64,000 nt of DNA from an uncultured Acidimicrobiia bacterium (GTDB taxonomy: Bacteria; Actinomycetota; Acidimicrobiia; Spongiisociales; ZC4RG35), in the NCBI GenBank assembly GCA_963790345.1, contig CAWBOD010000012.1, forward strand, positions 10,118-74,117, written 5' to 3'. The stretch's first letter is position 1. Each line of letters starts with the position of its first letter. This document shows, piece by piece, positions 19,824 to 29,836 of the stretch. The notes below the pieces were generated by a model. The model did not search any database, was not told where the DNA came from, and saw only the letters and a program-made list of their open reading frames with translations. The position numbers and the translations under genes are program-made.

Positions 19824-20911
19824 CCACAAACTCCACATTCGGGGCATCCCCGCGCCCAGCCACCCGGATAGTACTGAGAAGGCTCGTTGCGAGGAACGCC
19901 GTTCAATTTCAGTTGCTGGTCGGAGTCATTGTTCTCGCCGCCTTTTTCACGGTCCTGTACCCAGACCGATTCGCCACGTTCCGCAATTTTCAGAACATCA
20001 CTCGACAAGGCGCGACGTTGCTCGTCGTCGCCATCGGACAGAGTTTTGCCTTAGTCCAAGGAGGATTCGACATCTCGGTAGGGGCCGTAATGGGTCTCGC
20101 CAGCACAGTCGGGGCCCTCGTCATGATCGAATACGGCCTCGTAGTAGGAATATTGGCTGGACTAGGAGCCGGCCTCGCCGCAGGTCTTGTCAATGGCGCT
20201 CTGATCGCCAGGCTGGCGGTAACCCCATTTATCGCGACGTTGGGGATGCTTGCCTTTGCCCGGGGAGCGGCCAACGAGATCAGCAATGGAGCGTCGGTGT
20301 CGGGGCTCCCGGAGTCGTTCCGCATCTTCGGGGGTGGCTCTTGGGGCCCGATTCCGGCAACGGTCGGAATGGCCGCTCTGGTCCTTTGCCTCGCGGTGGT
20401 GATCCTTTACATGAGCCGGGCGGGTCTTTACCTGTATGCACTCGGGGGCTCGCGGGATGCCACACGCCTCGCAGGCGTCAAGGTCCCGCGATATGAGTTG
20501 ATGGCTTATGCGATGTGTGGGCTTCTCGCTGGCGTCGGCGGGCTCATGTTGGCATCCCGGGTTTCGGTGGGGCAGGCAAGCCTTGGGCAGGGATTTGAGT
20601 TGATGTCGATCGCCACCGCCGTCATCGGGGGTTTTGCCGTGGGTGGTGGAGTCGGTCGCCTGAGCGGGGTCGTGTTCGGTGTAGCCCTGTTGAGCGTCCT
20701 GTCGACCGGCATGAACATCGCCCAGGTTTCGGAGTTCATTCAGCAGATGCTGACCGGAACGGTTCTCGTGGTCGCGGTGCTGATCGACCGATTGCGGCGA
20801 AACAACGGGCCCCGGAGCCGCGATGTGGTTCTGTGTAGAACCATCGCCACCTTTGGATTCGGTCCGGGGGCAACTCCCCGGATTCATGACAAGCAGAAAG
20901 GAACAACATGA
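19820..20911 (+). CDS. Sugar-type ABC transporter permease (RbsC/branched-chain CUT2 family)
   Basis: 363-aa ORF with multiple TM segments. TRQGATLLVVAIGQSFALVQGGFDISVGAVMGLAS and GGSRDATRLAGVKV are typical of CUT2 permeases. The last ~25 residues look off-frame, so the true stop may lie nearer 20830. Confidence 0.8.
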   Translation: MTTNSTFGASPRPATRIVLRRLVARNAVQFQLLVGVIVLAAFFTVLYPDRFATFRNFQNITRQGATLLVVAIGQSFALVQGGFDISVGAVMGLASTVGALVMIEYGLVVGILAGLGAGLAAGLVNGALIARLAVTPFIATLGMLAFARGAANEISNGASVSGLPESFRIFGGGSWGPIPATVGMAALVLCLAVVILYMSRAGLYLYALGGSRDATRLAGVKVPRYELMAYAMCGLLAGVGGLMLASRVSVGQASLGQGFELMSIATAVIGGFAVGGGVGRLSGVVFGVALLSVLSTGMNIAQVSEFIQQMLTGTVLVVAVLIDRLRRNNGPRSRDVVLCRTIATFGFGPGATPRIHDKQKGTT

Positions 20912-21986
20912 GATATCCGTCGCGGGTCAGGATCGCCATCGTCCTCCTCCTGTTCGGTGTTGCAGCATGCGGTTCGGAGGATGCAGCCACGACCACGTCG
21001 CCTCCGACCTCCACCACCACCGCCGAACGATCCTGATGCAGCACTCCGAGAGACCTTGGCGTGTGATTTGAGTCCGACCGCAGAAGAACTAGCCGACTAC
21101 GTCGTTCCCACCGCCAGCGAGCCCTTCGACATAACCCTGCTACAGGTGAGCCTGGCCGGGTATTACTACCAGGCCATCGACTATGGGGCCCATTCGGCTG
21201 GCGACGAAGCCGGCGTGGAGGTAACCACTCTCGCAGCCGAGGGATACGCTTCGCCCGATCTGCAGCTGAGCCAAATCGAGGACGCGCGTCGAAGTCGGGA
21301 CCGACGCGATCGTCATCGCCCCCTCGGACATCCAGGGATCTATTCCCGCGGTTCAAGCTGGCAATCGACGCCGGCCTGCCGGTGGTGAATATCTCGACGG
21401 AGGTTGCCCACCCCGATGTCTACATGGTGATGCAGGATGACTATGTCCTGGGCCAGATGCTCGCCGACCGGCTGGCCGAAGTTGTCCCGGACGGTGGTGG
21501 TGGAATTCTCATCGCCGGACCCGGCCAACGCCACGTGGTCAAGGAAGCGCACTCTCGGCTTCTCGGATCGCGTTTGAGAGCTACCCCAACATATCGATCC
21601 TGGCTGCGCCGACTCAACTGGTCGATCCGGCCGAAGGTTTGAAGTCATTCGAGGATGCAGTACAGGCCAATCCCGAGATCGCCTGGATCGCTTCCGTCCA
21701 CTACTTCATCCTGCAGCCGGCGGCGCTTCCCGCCGAATACAGCGGCCAAGTCCCCTATCGGAGTTTCGGGTACGAACCGGACAGCATTGCCGCGCTCGAT
21801 TCTGGTGTCCTCAACTCCGTCTTCGCCATCGAACCGGTGTCCATGGGCCGGGTCGGAATCGGTACAGCAGTATCGCTCCTCGAGGGAGAGACTGTCCCCC
21901 GCGTCACCTGTCTCCCGGCTCCGGCCTTCACAGCTGAATCAGCCGGGTCACCGGTCGCCTTGAACGAGCTCATCCCTGAAGGCTGA
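20908..21986 (+). pseudogene. ABC transporter periplasmic sugar-binding lipoprotein, at least 4 frame changes
   Basis: The signal/lipobox is MRYPSRVRIAIVLLLFGVAACGS. Fragments in three frames read DITLLQVSLAGYYYQAIDYGAHSAGDEAGVEVTTL, GTDAIVIAPSD, AIDAGLPVVNISTEVAHPDVYMVMQDDYVLGQMLADRLAEVVPDGGGGILIAGP and NPEIAWIASVHYF...VSMGRVGIGTAVSLLEGETVP. Confidence 0.7.
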
Positions 21987-21988
21987 GA

Positions 21989-23491
21989 TTGGGCTCGAAG
22001 TCTGAAGGGTCCCTCGCAATGGGGAGCAATGAGCCACTCCTGGTGCAGATGCGAGGAGTCACCAAGCGGTACCCGGGAGTGGTCGCATTGGAGAATCTCG
22101 ACCTCGATATCGAGGAAGGAACCGTCCATGCCGTCGTCGGGTTGAACGGGGCCGGCAAATCGACTTTGGTCAATCTGCTGGCCGGCTTAGTCCAACCCGA
22201 TGAGGGTGTCATCAGGTTCCTCGCCTCCTCAGGAGATCGAGAAGCGCTCAGCCTCGTCCCCCAAGAGGTCATGTTCGTCCCCGCTATGTCGATCGGACGA
22301 AACATCCTCCTTGGACGGGAGACGTGGACCTTCGGTCGGCGACGGCTCGATCGAACCGAATTCGTCCAAGTTGCCGAAGCGCTCGACCGCTTGGGTCTGA
22401 GCCTTCACCCCGAGACCGACTCGCGGGAGTGCTCAATCCCCCAGCTCAGGCTGATGCAGATAGCAAGAGCGTTGCTGGCTCCGGGCAAGGTGATGCTCCT
22501 GGATGAGCCAACCGCAGTTCTCCCCGAGGTGGATGCGGGAAGACTCCTGGAGAGAATCGCAACATTGCGAGATCGGGGCGAAGCGGTGGTCTACGTGAGC
22601 CATCGCCTTGGCGAAGTCCTGCGCTTGGCTGACACGATCACCGTCCTCAAGGACGGCCGCAAGGCAGCCTCGTTCAAACGGGGCGAGGTGGATCGTCGCG
22701 GCCTCATCGACCTTCTTTCGAAGCATCGGACTCCGACTACCGAGGCTGATGAACCTTCTGTTGAGGTGGGTCGGCAGCCTGGACTAACGGTCGAAGGACT
22801 TTCGGCGCCTGGCTTTGGCGGGGTCAGCTTTCACGCACCGGCTGGCGAGGTTTTGGCCCTCGTTGGCGTCCAGGACGCCGGCCAGAGCCAGGTGGTCGAG
22901 GCGCTCGCCGGCTTACGCATGCCGACAGCCGGTACGGCTCGACTCGGTAACCGCGTGCTGAACCTCTCGTCCCCTTATGCGGCCGCCAGGGCAGGCCTGG
23001 TCCTGGTGCCCGCTGACCGCCGCTCCTCGGGAGTGGTTGGCCCGATGTCGGTTAGGGAGAACACGGTTCTATCACCACGAACCGGAGCCACGCGCTGGGG
23101 ATTCCGAGCCCGACCCCGTGAAGGCGATACCGCACGTCGCTATATCAACCGATTCGAAATCAAGGCCGCCAGTTCCGACGTCGTGGCGACGTTAAGTGGA
23201 GGAAACCAACAAAAGGTGGCTCTGGCGAGGGCAGTGGAGGCCCACCCCACGGTCATGCTGCTGGACGAGCCGACGCAGGGCATCGACGCCGCCACCAAAG
23301 GTGAGGTGCTTCGCCTAATAAAATCTGAAGCTCTCAGGTTCGGGCGGGTGGTGGTCTCAGCCACGTCGCAACTCGAGGAGATACCGGGTTGGGCGGACAG
23401 TGTGATTGTTTTCAGAGAAGGAGAAATCGTTGCGCGATTTTCGGGCATCGACATAACCGAAGCCGATCTGCTTCATGCCTCGATCAGCTGA
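21989..23491 (+). CDS. Sugar ABC transporter ATP-binding protein with duplicated ABC domains (RbsA/MglA-like)
   Basis: Intact 500-aa ORF. Walker A is GLNGAGKST, Walker B is VMLLDEPT, the second signature is LSGGNQQKVALARA and the second Walker B is MLLDEPTQGID. An alternative ATG start lies at 22019. Confidence 0.9.
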   Translation: MGSKSEGSLAMGSNEPLLVQMRGVTKRYPGVVALENLDLDIEEGTVHAVVGLNGAGKSTLVNLLAGLVQPDEGVIRFLASSGDREALSLVPQEVMFVPAMSIGRNILLGRETWTFGRRRLDRTEFVQVAEALDRLGLSLHPETDSRECSIPQLRLMQIARALLAPGKVMLLDEPTAVLPEVDAGRLLERIATLRDRGEAVVYVSHRLGEVLRLADTITVLKDGRKAASFKRGEVDRRGLIDLLSKHRTPTTEADEPSVEVGRQPGLTVEGLSAPGFGGVSFHAPAGEVLALVGVQDAGQSQVVEALAGLRMPTAGTARLGNRVLNLSSPYAAARAGLVLVPADRRSSGVVGPMSVRENTVLSPRTGATRWGFRARPREGDTARRYINRFEIKAASSDVVATLSGGNQQKVALARAVEAHPTVMLLDEPTQGIDAATKGEVLRLIKSEALRFGRVVVSATSQLEEIPGWADSVIVFREGEIVARFSGIDITEADLLHASIS

Positions 23492-23505
23492 TGGAAGGAG
23501 TTTGA

Positions 23506-25288
23506 GTGAATGCAGCTAACGAAAGACTGGCGGCTGCCGCGGTGGCGGTGGGCGAGGCTCACGCCGATCTGCTGCTGACGGGCGGGCACACTGCTCGAGG
23601 TCCACACCGGGATAGTTGAACCCGCCGAGATCGCAATCGCCGGCCGTCGAATCGCAGCTGTAGGAGAGGTCGCATACACCGTTGGCTCTGATACCAGGAT
23701 CCTCGACTGCGAAGGCCTGGTACTCGTACCCCGGGTTGATCGATCCCCATCTCCACATCGGTGGCTCGCAGCTATCGATCGAGCGGCTGGCGGAAGTGCT
23801 CGTCCCTCGAGGCACCGCAGCAATCGCAACCGACTTCTACGAACCTGGAGCCATTGCCGGCATCGCGGCAATTGAGGAACTCCTTCGAGCGGTCGGACGC
23901 GACGGGGCTTCATATTCTCTTCTCCCCCTTTCACGCAACGGCCCTTGGCTTCGGGAGTTTCGGCAATGTCGGCGGGACTACGCTCGACGAACTTGCCGAT
24001 CTGGCGCAGCATGAGCGAGCAATCGCGATCCGCGAGTGGAACCGGCTTCGAGCAAGATCCCGCTGGATCAGATTGAGTCCTTTTATCGAAGGGCCCTTCA
24101 AAGGGGCTTAGCCGTGGAAGGTCACCTCGAAGGACTGACCGGCAGTCATCTCCAGGCGTCGGTCGCATTGGGAATCATGACCGACCATGAGACGTCCACA
24201 ACCGCCGAGGCCCTCGAGATGGTGCGACTGGGTATCACGGTGCAAATTCGGGAAGGATCGGGGGCTCGCAATCTCGAGGCGGTCATCAAAGCCGTAACGG
24301 AACATGGCATCGATCCCCCGCAACTTCAGCCTTTCGACCGACGAGCAAGAACTCCATTCCCTGGCCCGTAACGGGCACATGGACCGCAAGCTGCGGATGG
24401 CGGTCGCCCACGGCGTTTCCCCCATCGACGCCGTGAGAATGGCCACCCTGAACGCCGCCTCGTCTCTCGGAGTGCAACAGCGACTTCGGAAGCATCGCCC
24501 CGGGAAAGACGGCATCGATAGCAGGACTCGGCGACCTCCGCGATTTCGACGTTCGGATGATGGTCAGCGGAGGTGTGGAGTCCGCCCGGGATGGGCGCTA
24601 CTTGCTCAACGTACCCGTGCCCCGCTATCCCGAAGCCTGGTACGACACCGTGCACGTGAAGGAGGATCTGGAGCCGACCGACTTTCTCTTCGACCCTGGC
24701 CTAAGAGCGGCCGAGGTTCGCGTCATAGGCATCACCCCGGGGTCATTGGTGACTGCCGACCTAGCCGAGAACGTCACCTTTGAACACGGTCGGGTTTCAG
24801 GATCCGAGGGTCTCGCCACCATTGCCGTCATCGACCGCCACGCGGGTACAGGTAACAAAGGGCTTGGTCTCATCCGCGGATTCGCCTTGAAGGCCGGGGC
24901 GATCGCAACAACGATCAATCCAGGAATGATGAACCTGATGGTTATCGGAGTCGACCCGGAGTCGATGGCAGTCGCCGCCAATCGGGCCGCCGAACTCAAT
25001 GGCGGGATCGTCGTCGCGGTGAACGGGCACGTCATCGCCAAGCTGCGCAACTCCCCTTTCGGGATCCTATCCGACTCTCCTTCAGGCGAGGTAGCAACTG
25101 GTGCTACAGCAGTAGCCGATGCGATCCGGGATCACCTCGGAGTTTCGTTCGACGGCCTCATCACATCCGTCGGGTTTGCTTGCCTGGCCGTGACGATTCC
25201 CGACTTGAAAATCTGCGATCGGGGCCTGGTGAAGGTCTGGCGAGATCGCCAGGAGGCGGTCGATTTCGTCGTTAGGCGCTTGCCTTAG
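23506..25288 (+). pseudogene. ade: Adenine deaminase family amidohydrolase, about 6 frame changes (~23590, 23730, 23905, 24040, 24320, 24480)
   Basis: A GTG follows GGAAGGAG. Fragments read ADLLLTGG, LLEVHTGIVEPAEIAIAGRRIAAVG, LVPGLIDPHLHIGGSQLS...PRGTAAIATD, EGHLEGLTGSHLQASVALGIMTDHE...VQIREGSGARNLEAV, GHMDRKLRMAVAHGVSPIDAVRMATLNAA and the C-terminal domain ORF 24557..25288. The repaired length of about 594 aa fits Ade. Confidence 0.7.
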
Positions 25289-25510
25289 GGCCGGGGGTTG
25301 GCCGTAGATCTCCTCACGACCAGCGATGGAGGAAGCATCACCAGCTGTGGGACCTGAACTCCCATCGGCTCTTGGCGGCCCATAAGGCCCAGGTGAACTC
25401 GGGCCGCAGTACAAGGGGCGACAAAAAATGACCTTTGTGCAAAAGGAGTTTGGTCGTCGCAGCATTCCCCGCAACTATGCTCACCGGCCGCTCGGAACGA
25501 CCGGTTTCGA

Positions 25511-25587
25511 TGGTGGAGGTGAGGGGATTTGAACTCCTGGCTTCTTCCGTGCGAGGGAAGCGCTCTGCCGGGCTGAGCTACACCCCC
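25511..25587 (-). tRNA. tRNA-Ala (anticodon CGC), CCA encoded
   Basis: The reverse complement is GGGGGTGTAGCTCAGCCCGGCAGAGCGCTTCCCTCGCACGGAAGAAGCCAGGAGTTCAAATCCCCTCACCTCCACCA. It has the G3:U70 Ala identity pair and anticodon loop CTCGCAC. One A-C mismatch in the T stem (AGGAG/CCCCT) may be an assembly error. Confidence 0.9.
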
Positions 25588-25642
25588 AGATGGGAACGCA
25601 ATGGTAGGGCCGCATGTGCCCACACAATTTCCACCTGCGCTC

Positions 25643-26193
25643 CTAAGGCGACCTCGTTGGTTCGAACAGGGCAAAGAAGGCCACCCGCTGCCACCGACCC
25701 CACCACCACTTCACGTGTGCCTTCCCCAAGTAGGCACCGTCGCCGATCTGGACCAACTCGTCCAGCACCCGTCGGACCGTCAGCTTCGGATTCCCGGGCA
25801 GGTCGTAATCGATCTTGAGGACCGTCCGGTCGGCGTCCTCGAGGCCGGGAGCTAGATACGTGCGGAAGGCGAAGGCGCGGTAAGTCTCCGGGCCATCGCC
25901 GCGGAACCCGCGATAGACCGGATTGAAGAGCCGAGCCAGCCTCAGCGAACCTCTGAGAGAAAATGTTGTCGCCGCCGGGAGGCTGCCGCATCGAAAGTCT
26001 TGCCCTTCCAGGGCATACGCCGGGCCAGCAGGGCGGCGAACAATTGGGTCACAACCGGGGCGATTTCGAGGCGGATGAGCTCACCGGATGTGCGGCCATC
26101 TAGCGGTGGATCCGGGGGCCAACCACTCCGGAATTGCTCGTTCAGTACCGACCTTGTCTGCCGATCTCAGGCCGCTTATCCCGATATCAGTCA
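25643..26193 (-). pseudogene. Hypothetical conserved-looking protein, at least 2 frame changes
   Basis: Own translation gives three pieces. The first is MTDIGISGLRSADKVGTE. The second is QFRSGWPPDPPLDGRTSGELIRLEIAPVVTQLFAALLARRMPWKGKTFDAAA. The third is LRLARLFNPVYRGFRGDGPETYRAFAFRTYLAPGLEDADRTVLKIDYDLPGNPKLTVRRVLDELVQIGDGAYLGKAHVKWWWGRWQRVAFFALFEPTRSP*. The composition is protein-like, but I could not name the family. Confidence 0.45.
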
Positions 26194-26203
26194 TTCGCGG
26201 CTT

Positions 26204-26841
26204 CTATGCCTCTTCGTGGGTTCTTTCGGAGAGTTCGGCGCGAAGGCGTTCTTGGACCACGGTCGTGGTGAGGTCGGCGCGTGACCGCTCGACCAGGGCC
26301 CGGGAGACATCTGTCGTTCTCCGCAGCCCGGCGGTCATTCCATCGGGATAGTCGAGTTCGGCGAGCAGATCGACGATCTGATCCATCTCGACCAGGCATT
26401 GCTCGGCCGTCACCAGGTCACCATCCCGAAGGCGATCCAGCATCCGCCGACGCAACTCGCCGACCGCCTCCCCGAGACCGTGCAGGTAGGCGACTGGATG
26501 GATTTCCAACTCCACCGGCGTTGGCAGCGGACGGCCTCGGAACAGGGCCGTGCACACGGCGGCCTCGGCGTATTCCTTGGCGGCGTCGTGGACGAAACCG
26601 GCATGAAGGATGTCGTGATGATCACCGAGGACCGTCTGCACTTCTTGCAGGGTCGGTGCCGGCCTTGGTCGACCAACTCATCGGCGGTTTCCCATTGTCC
26701 GCGATGCAATGAACGGATCGCGTTGGCGGACGCTCGAATGACCTCACGGCTCTTCACATAGCCGACCTCGCGGGCTGCGAACTTTGCATCGAGCTCCCCG
26801 CGAATCGGCTGGGTCAGCTGGTCGAGCTCGAGAGGATCCAC
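26204..26841 (-). pseudogene. Translin-family protein, one apparent frameshift ~26650
   Basis: A GTG start gives VDPLELDQLTQPIRGELDAKFAAREVGYVKSREVIRASANAIRSLHRGQWETADELV. The next frame gives ...AKEYAEAAVCTALFRGRPLPTPVELEIHPVAYLHGLGEAVGELRRRMLDRLRDGD...GLRRTTDVSRALVERSRADL. This matches my recollection of the translin pattern (Y-L-x-G-L-x-D/E-x-x-G-E-L-R-R). Confidence 0.55.
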
Positions 26842-26851
26842 GCCGAATTGA

Positions 26852-27295
26852 TCAGCGGTTGGCGATGACCTTGACCGGGAATTCCTCCCACTGAGTCTCC
26901 CCGTCCGAGAAGTAGCGATTGGCGATGCGCTGGGCATGCCGTTGACGGAGTTGGGCCAGCATCGCCAGATACCAGGCGAAGCAAGCATCGATCCCGAGAT
27001 GGACCAACAACCAGTTGAGGGAACCGTCCCGCCAGGCCAGAAACGCCGAAGCCACGGCCAGGACTACAAAGACGATCGTCGCCCGCCTCCGTCTGATTCT
27101 GACCCGATCGCGGGCCGAGGCGAGCTTGGCGTCGTAGGAGTGGCGCTGGATGTCGGCCATCCTCCGCGTGACGCGATCGAACTCTTCGGTGGAATTGAGA
27201 GGGGTCGTTCGGTGATCACCAAAGATGCCGGGCAACAGATACAGCCCCCAAACGGCGGCTATCACCAGTCCGGCGACAATTATTGGTGTCAGCAT
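26852..27295 (-). CDS. Small membrane protein, GlpR/SepX-like (candidate receptor of the gephyrin-like MoeA paralogue)
   Basis: Intact 147-aa ORF. The N-terminal TM is MLTPIIVAGLVIAAVWGLYLLP. A charged linker and two further TM segments follow. It lies two genes downstream of galU-moeA on the same strand, as in the actinobacterial galU-glp-(x)-glpR synteny. Confidence 0.45.
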   Translation of the reverse strand: MLTPIIVAGLVIAAVWGLYLLPGIFGDHRTTPLNSTEEFDRVTRRMADIQRHSYDAKLASARDRVRIRRRRATIVFVVLAVASAFLAWRDGSLNWLLVHLGIDACFAWYLAMLAQLRQRHAQRIANRYFSDGETQWEEFPVKVIANR

Positions 27296-27362
27296 GTCAG
27301 CATTTGAAAGGCCCTGTTCCCCGCGGGAGAGTAGCGAGACGCAGAGGGGTTAACAACCACTG

Positions 27363-27839
27363 TCAGCGTTCCCAGGTCCCCGAGCGCCCTCCGGATTTGC
27401 GAATCAGCTGGATCGGCCCGATGACGGCGCCTCGATCCAGACCCTTGGTCATGTCGTAGAGGGTCAACGCAGCGACCGCGGCAGCCGTCAGTGCCTCCAT
27501 TTCCACGCCGGTCCGGCCGGTAGTGACCACCGAAGCGGTGATGCGGGCGCCCCCGTCGGTCGCCTCCACCTGGACGGTGACCCCGTCGATCGGCAACGGA
27601 TGGCACAGAGGGATCAGCTCGGAAGTGCGCTTGGCCCCGGCGATGCCTGCCAGCCTCACGGCGGCCAGAGCGTCGCCTTTGGGGAGGTCTCCCGAAAAGA
27701 GGGCATCCCGGACCGTGACCGCAAGGGTGACGTCCGCTGTGGCGACCGCCTCCCGGGTTGTGACCTCCTTGGAGGAGACGTCGACCATATGGACGTCGCC
27801 CGAAGCCGTCAGATGCGTGAAGGGCTGCTCATCGCTCAT
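27363..27839 (-). CDS. moaC: Cyclic pyranopterin monophosphate synthase MoaC
   Basis: MSDEQPFTHLTASGDVHMVDVSSKEVTTREA...AGIAGAKRTSELIPLCHPLP...TGRTGVEMEALTAAAVAALTLYDMTK. The internal ATG at 27839 is preferred over the ORF-track start at 27995. Confidence 0.92.
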   Translation of the reverse strand: MSDEQPFTHLTASGDVHMVDVSSKEVTTREAVATADVTLAVTVRDALFSGDLPKGDALAAVRLAGIAGAKRTSELIPLCHPLPIDGVTVQVEATDGGARITASVVTTGRTGVEMEALTAAAVAALTLYDMTKGLDRGAVIGPIQLIRKSGGRSGTWER

Positions 27840-29060
27840 CGAAGCTTCTCTCCTCGGGCCATCGGAACATCTCCAGCATGACAGGTTCGCCGACGTCGAC
27901 GTCGGCCGGTTCCCTCCGGCACGACCGCGAAGGCATCCCCGGCCACCACCGCCGACAGCACGTTGGAGGACTGCCCGCCGGATGGTGCGCACCATCGCAC
28001 CTCACCTTCAGTCGAGGTGCGAACCCGGACGAAGACAGTCTTTTCCGGATCGGTCGACAGCTTGACCCTTGTTCGACCTTGCACCCGGGGACGGAAGAGG
28101 CTTCGCGCTCCCATCATCTTCAAAAGTCCGGGACGTACGAATTGTTCAAATGCCACGAACGACGAGACCGGGTTTCCCGGTAGACCAAAGAGCGGCTTCC
28201 CGCCGATCGTGCCGAACGCGAATGGCTTGGCCGGCTGCATGGCCACCTGCCAGAACTCGATGTTGCCGAGTTCACCGAGCACCTTCTTGACGAGGTCGTA
28301 CTCACCCATCGAAACCCCGCCCGATGTCACGATCACATCGGCCGCTTCCACCCCGCTGGCGATGGCTTCCCGCAACGCCGCCGCGTCATCCGGAATCCGA
28401 CCAAGATCGATGACCTGGACCCCGAGTTCGGTCAGCATTGCGGCCAGCATCGGCCGGTTGGAGTCGCGAATCTGGCCGGGTCCGAGAGCGGGGCCATCGA
28501 CCGGGACGAGTTCGTCGCCGGTCGAGGCCAAGGCGACCCGGGGCCGGCGATGGACGGCCAGTTCGGCGATCCCGAGATTGGCGAGAACGCCGATATGGGC
28601 CGCCGCCAGGCGGATCCCGGAGCCGATCACCTCGGTTCCGGCCTCGACGTCGCCACCGGCGCGGCGCACCGAGGTGCCGGCGGGCACGCCGATCATGATC
28701 GTCACGATGTCGCCGGACTGACTGGTGTCCTCGACCCGCACGACTGCATCGGCCCCTTCGGGAATGGGGGCTCCGGTCATGATCTTGATCGCGGTTCCGG
28801 GAACCAGACTGCGAGTGGCCACCCGGCCCGCCGGGACATCTTCGATGACGGTCAGATCCACCGGAGCCGATTCGACGTCTTCGGCTCGAACCGCGTAGCC
28901 GTCCATGGCCGAGTTCGTGAACGGTGGAACCGGGGAAGGAGCCACGACGGGAGTGGCCGGCACCAGGCCCAGACGCGTCTCCGATTGCGACGAGGGCGGC
29001 GGGAAGCCTGCTCAGGGCGCCCAGGACCTCGGCCTGGGCGGCGGTCAACGAGCGCATCAT
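27829..29060 (-). pseudogene. moeA: Molybdopterin molybdotransferase MoeA / gephyrin-like Glp, 2 apparent frameshifts (~28965 and ~27905)
   Basis: The N-terminus MMRSLTAAQAEVLGALSRLPA lies in the frame of ORF 28386..30440. The core is ORF 27836..28963 (PPFTNSAMDGYAVRAEDV...IMTGAPIPEGADAVVRVED...VTSGGVSMGEYDLVK...GLPGNPVSSFV). The natural C-terminus ADVDVGEPVMLEMFRWPEERSFDER* lies in the next frame. Confidence 0.88.
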
Positions 29061-29836
29061 GGAGTTCTCTGGGAAGAGATCCCGGCCGAGAACCGCGGTG
29101 GCTTCCACCAGGCCCTTCGGGGTACCGACGTCGAGAAGATCGTCGTTGGCGATAAATCCCCGCACCCGACCGCGCTTGGCGAACTGGTCGATGGCGTCGG
29201 TGAGCTGGATCTCACCGCCATGACCGGGGGTGAGATCGGCCAGGATCTGGAAGATCTCATGCGTGAAGAGATAGCGCCCGATCAGACCCAGGTTGGACGG
29301 AGCTCGATCCGGTCCCGGTTTCTCGACCGCCCCGATGACGTCCACGACCCCGTCCTTCTCCTCCCCACCGGGGACGATGACCCCGTAATGGGACAGCATG
29401 TCGGTCGACAGCCTGCGAAGACATACCGCCGAGCTCCCGGCGGCAGCCGCCTCCAACGATGGCAGGACGTCGTTACCGGGACGGACGATGTTGTCGGCCA
29501 GCAGGCAGAAAAAGCTCCTATCCCGGACCGCCTCGGCAGCTTGCAGAACCGCATGGCCGAGGCCGAGCGGCTCTTCCTGCACCACCATCCTGATCTTGAC
29601 GTCCTCGAGGCCCGGCAGTCGTCCCTCCACCAGGAAGTGCTGCTGGATCAGATGGCCGGCGTCGAGATCGACGACGATGAGGACCTCCTCCGCCCCGGCC
29701 CGGGCGGCCTCTTCGACCACGTATTGGATGGCTGGGCGATCGATGACGGTCAAGAGTCCCTTGGGTACGACCCTGGTGGCGGGGCGCATGCGGGTCCCTC
29801 TGCCGGCGGCCGGAACCACAGCTACTGAAACGGTCA
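29057..29836 (-). pseudogene. galU: UTP-glucose-1-phosphate uridylyltransferase GalU; no in-frame stop as assembled, so the 3' end is uncertain
   Basis: The GTG at 29836 overlaps the plsY stop (GTGA). The sequence reads VAVVPAAGRGTRMRPATRVVPKGLLTVIDRPAIQYVVEEAARAGAEEVLIVV...EPLGLGHAVLQA...GRYLFTHEIF...GEIQLTDAI. The reading frame runs straight into the moeA ATGATG. The only stop at the junction is the out-of-frame TGA of ATGA at 29059-29057. Confidence 0.85.

Noticed and set aside
25440-26200. Genomic-island integration at tRNA-Ala (and likewise at tRNA-Met, 52064-52139)
   Set aside because: There is no integrase, excisionase or phage gene next to either tRNA. I saw no direct repeat of the tRNA 3' end nearby, though this was checked by eye only.
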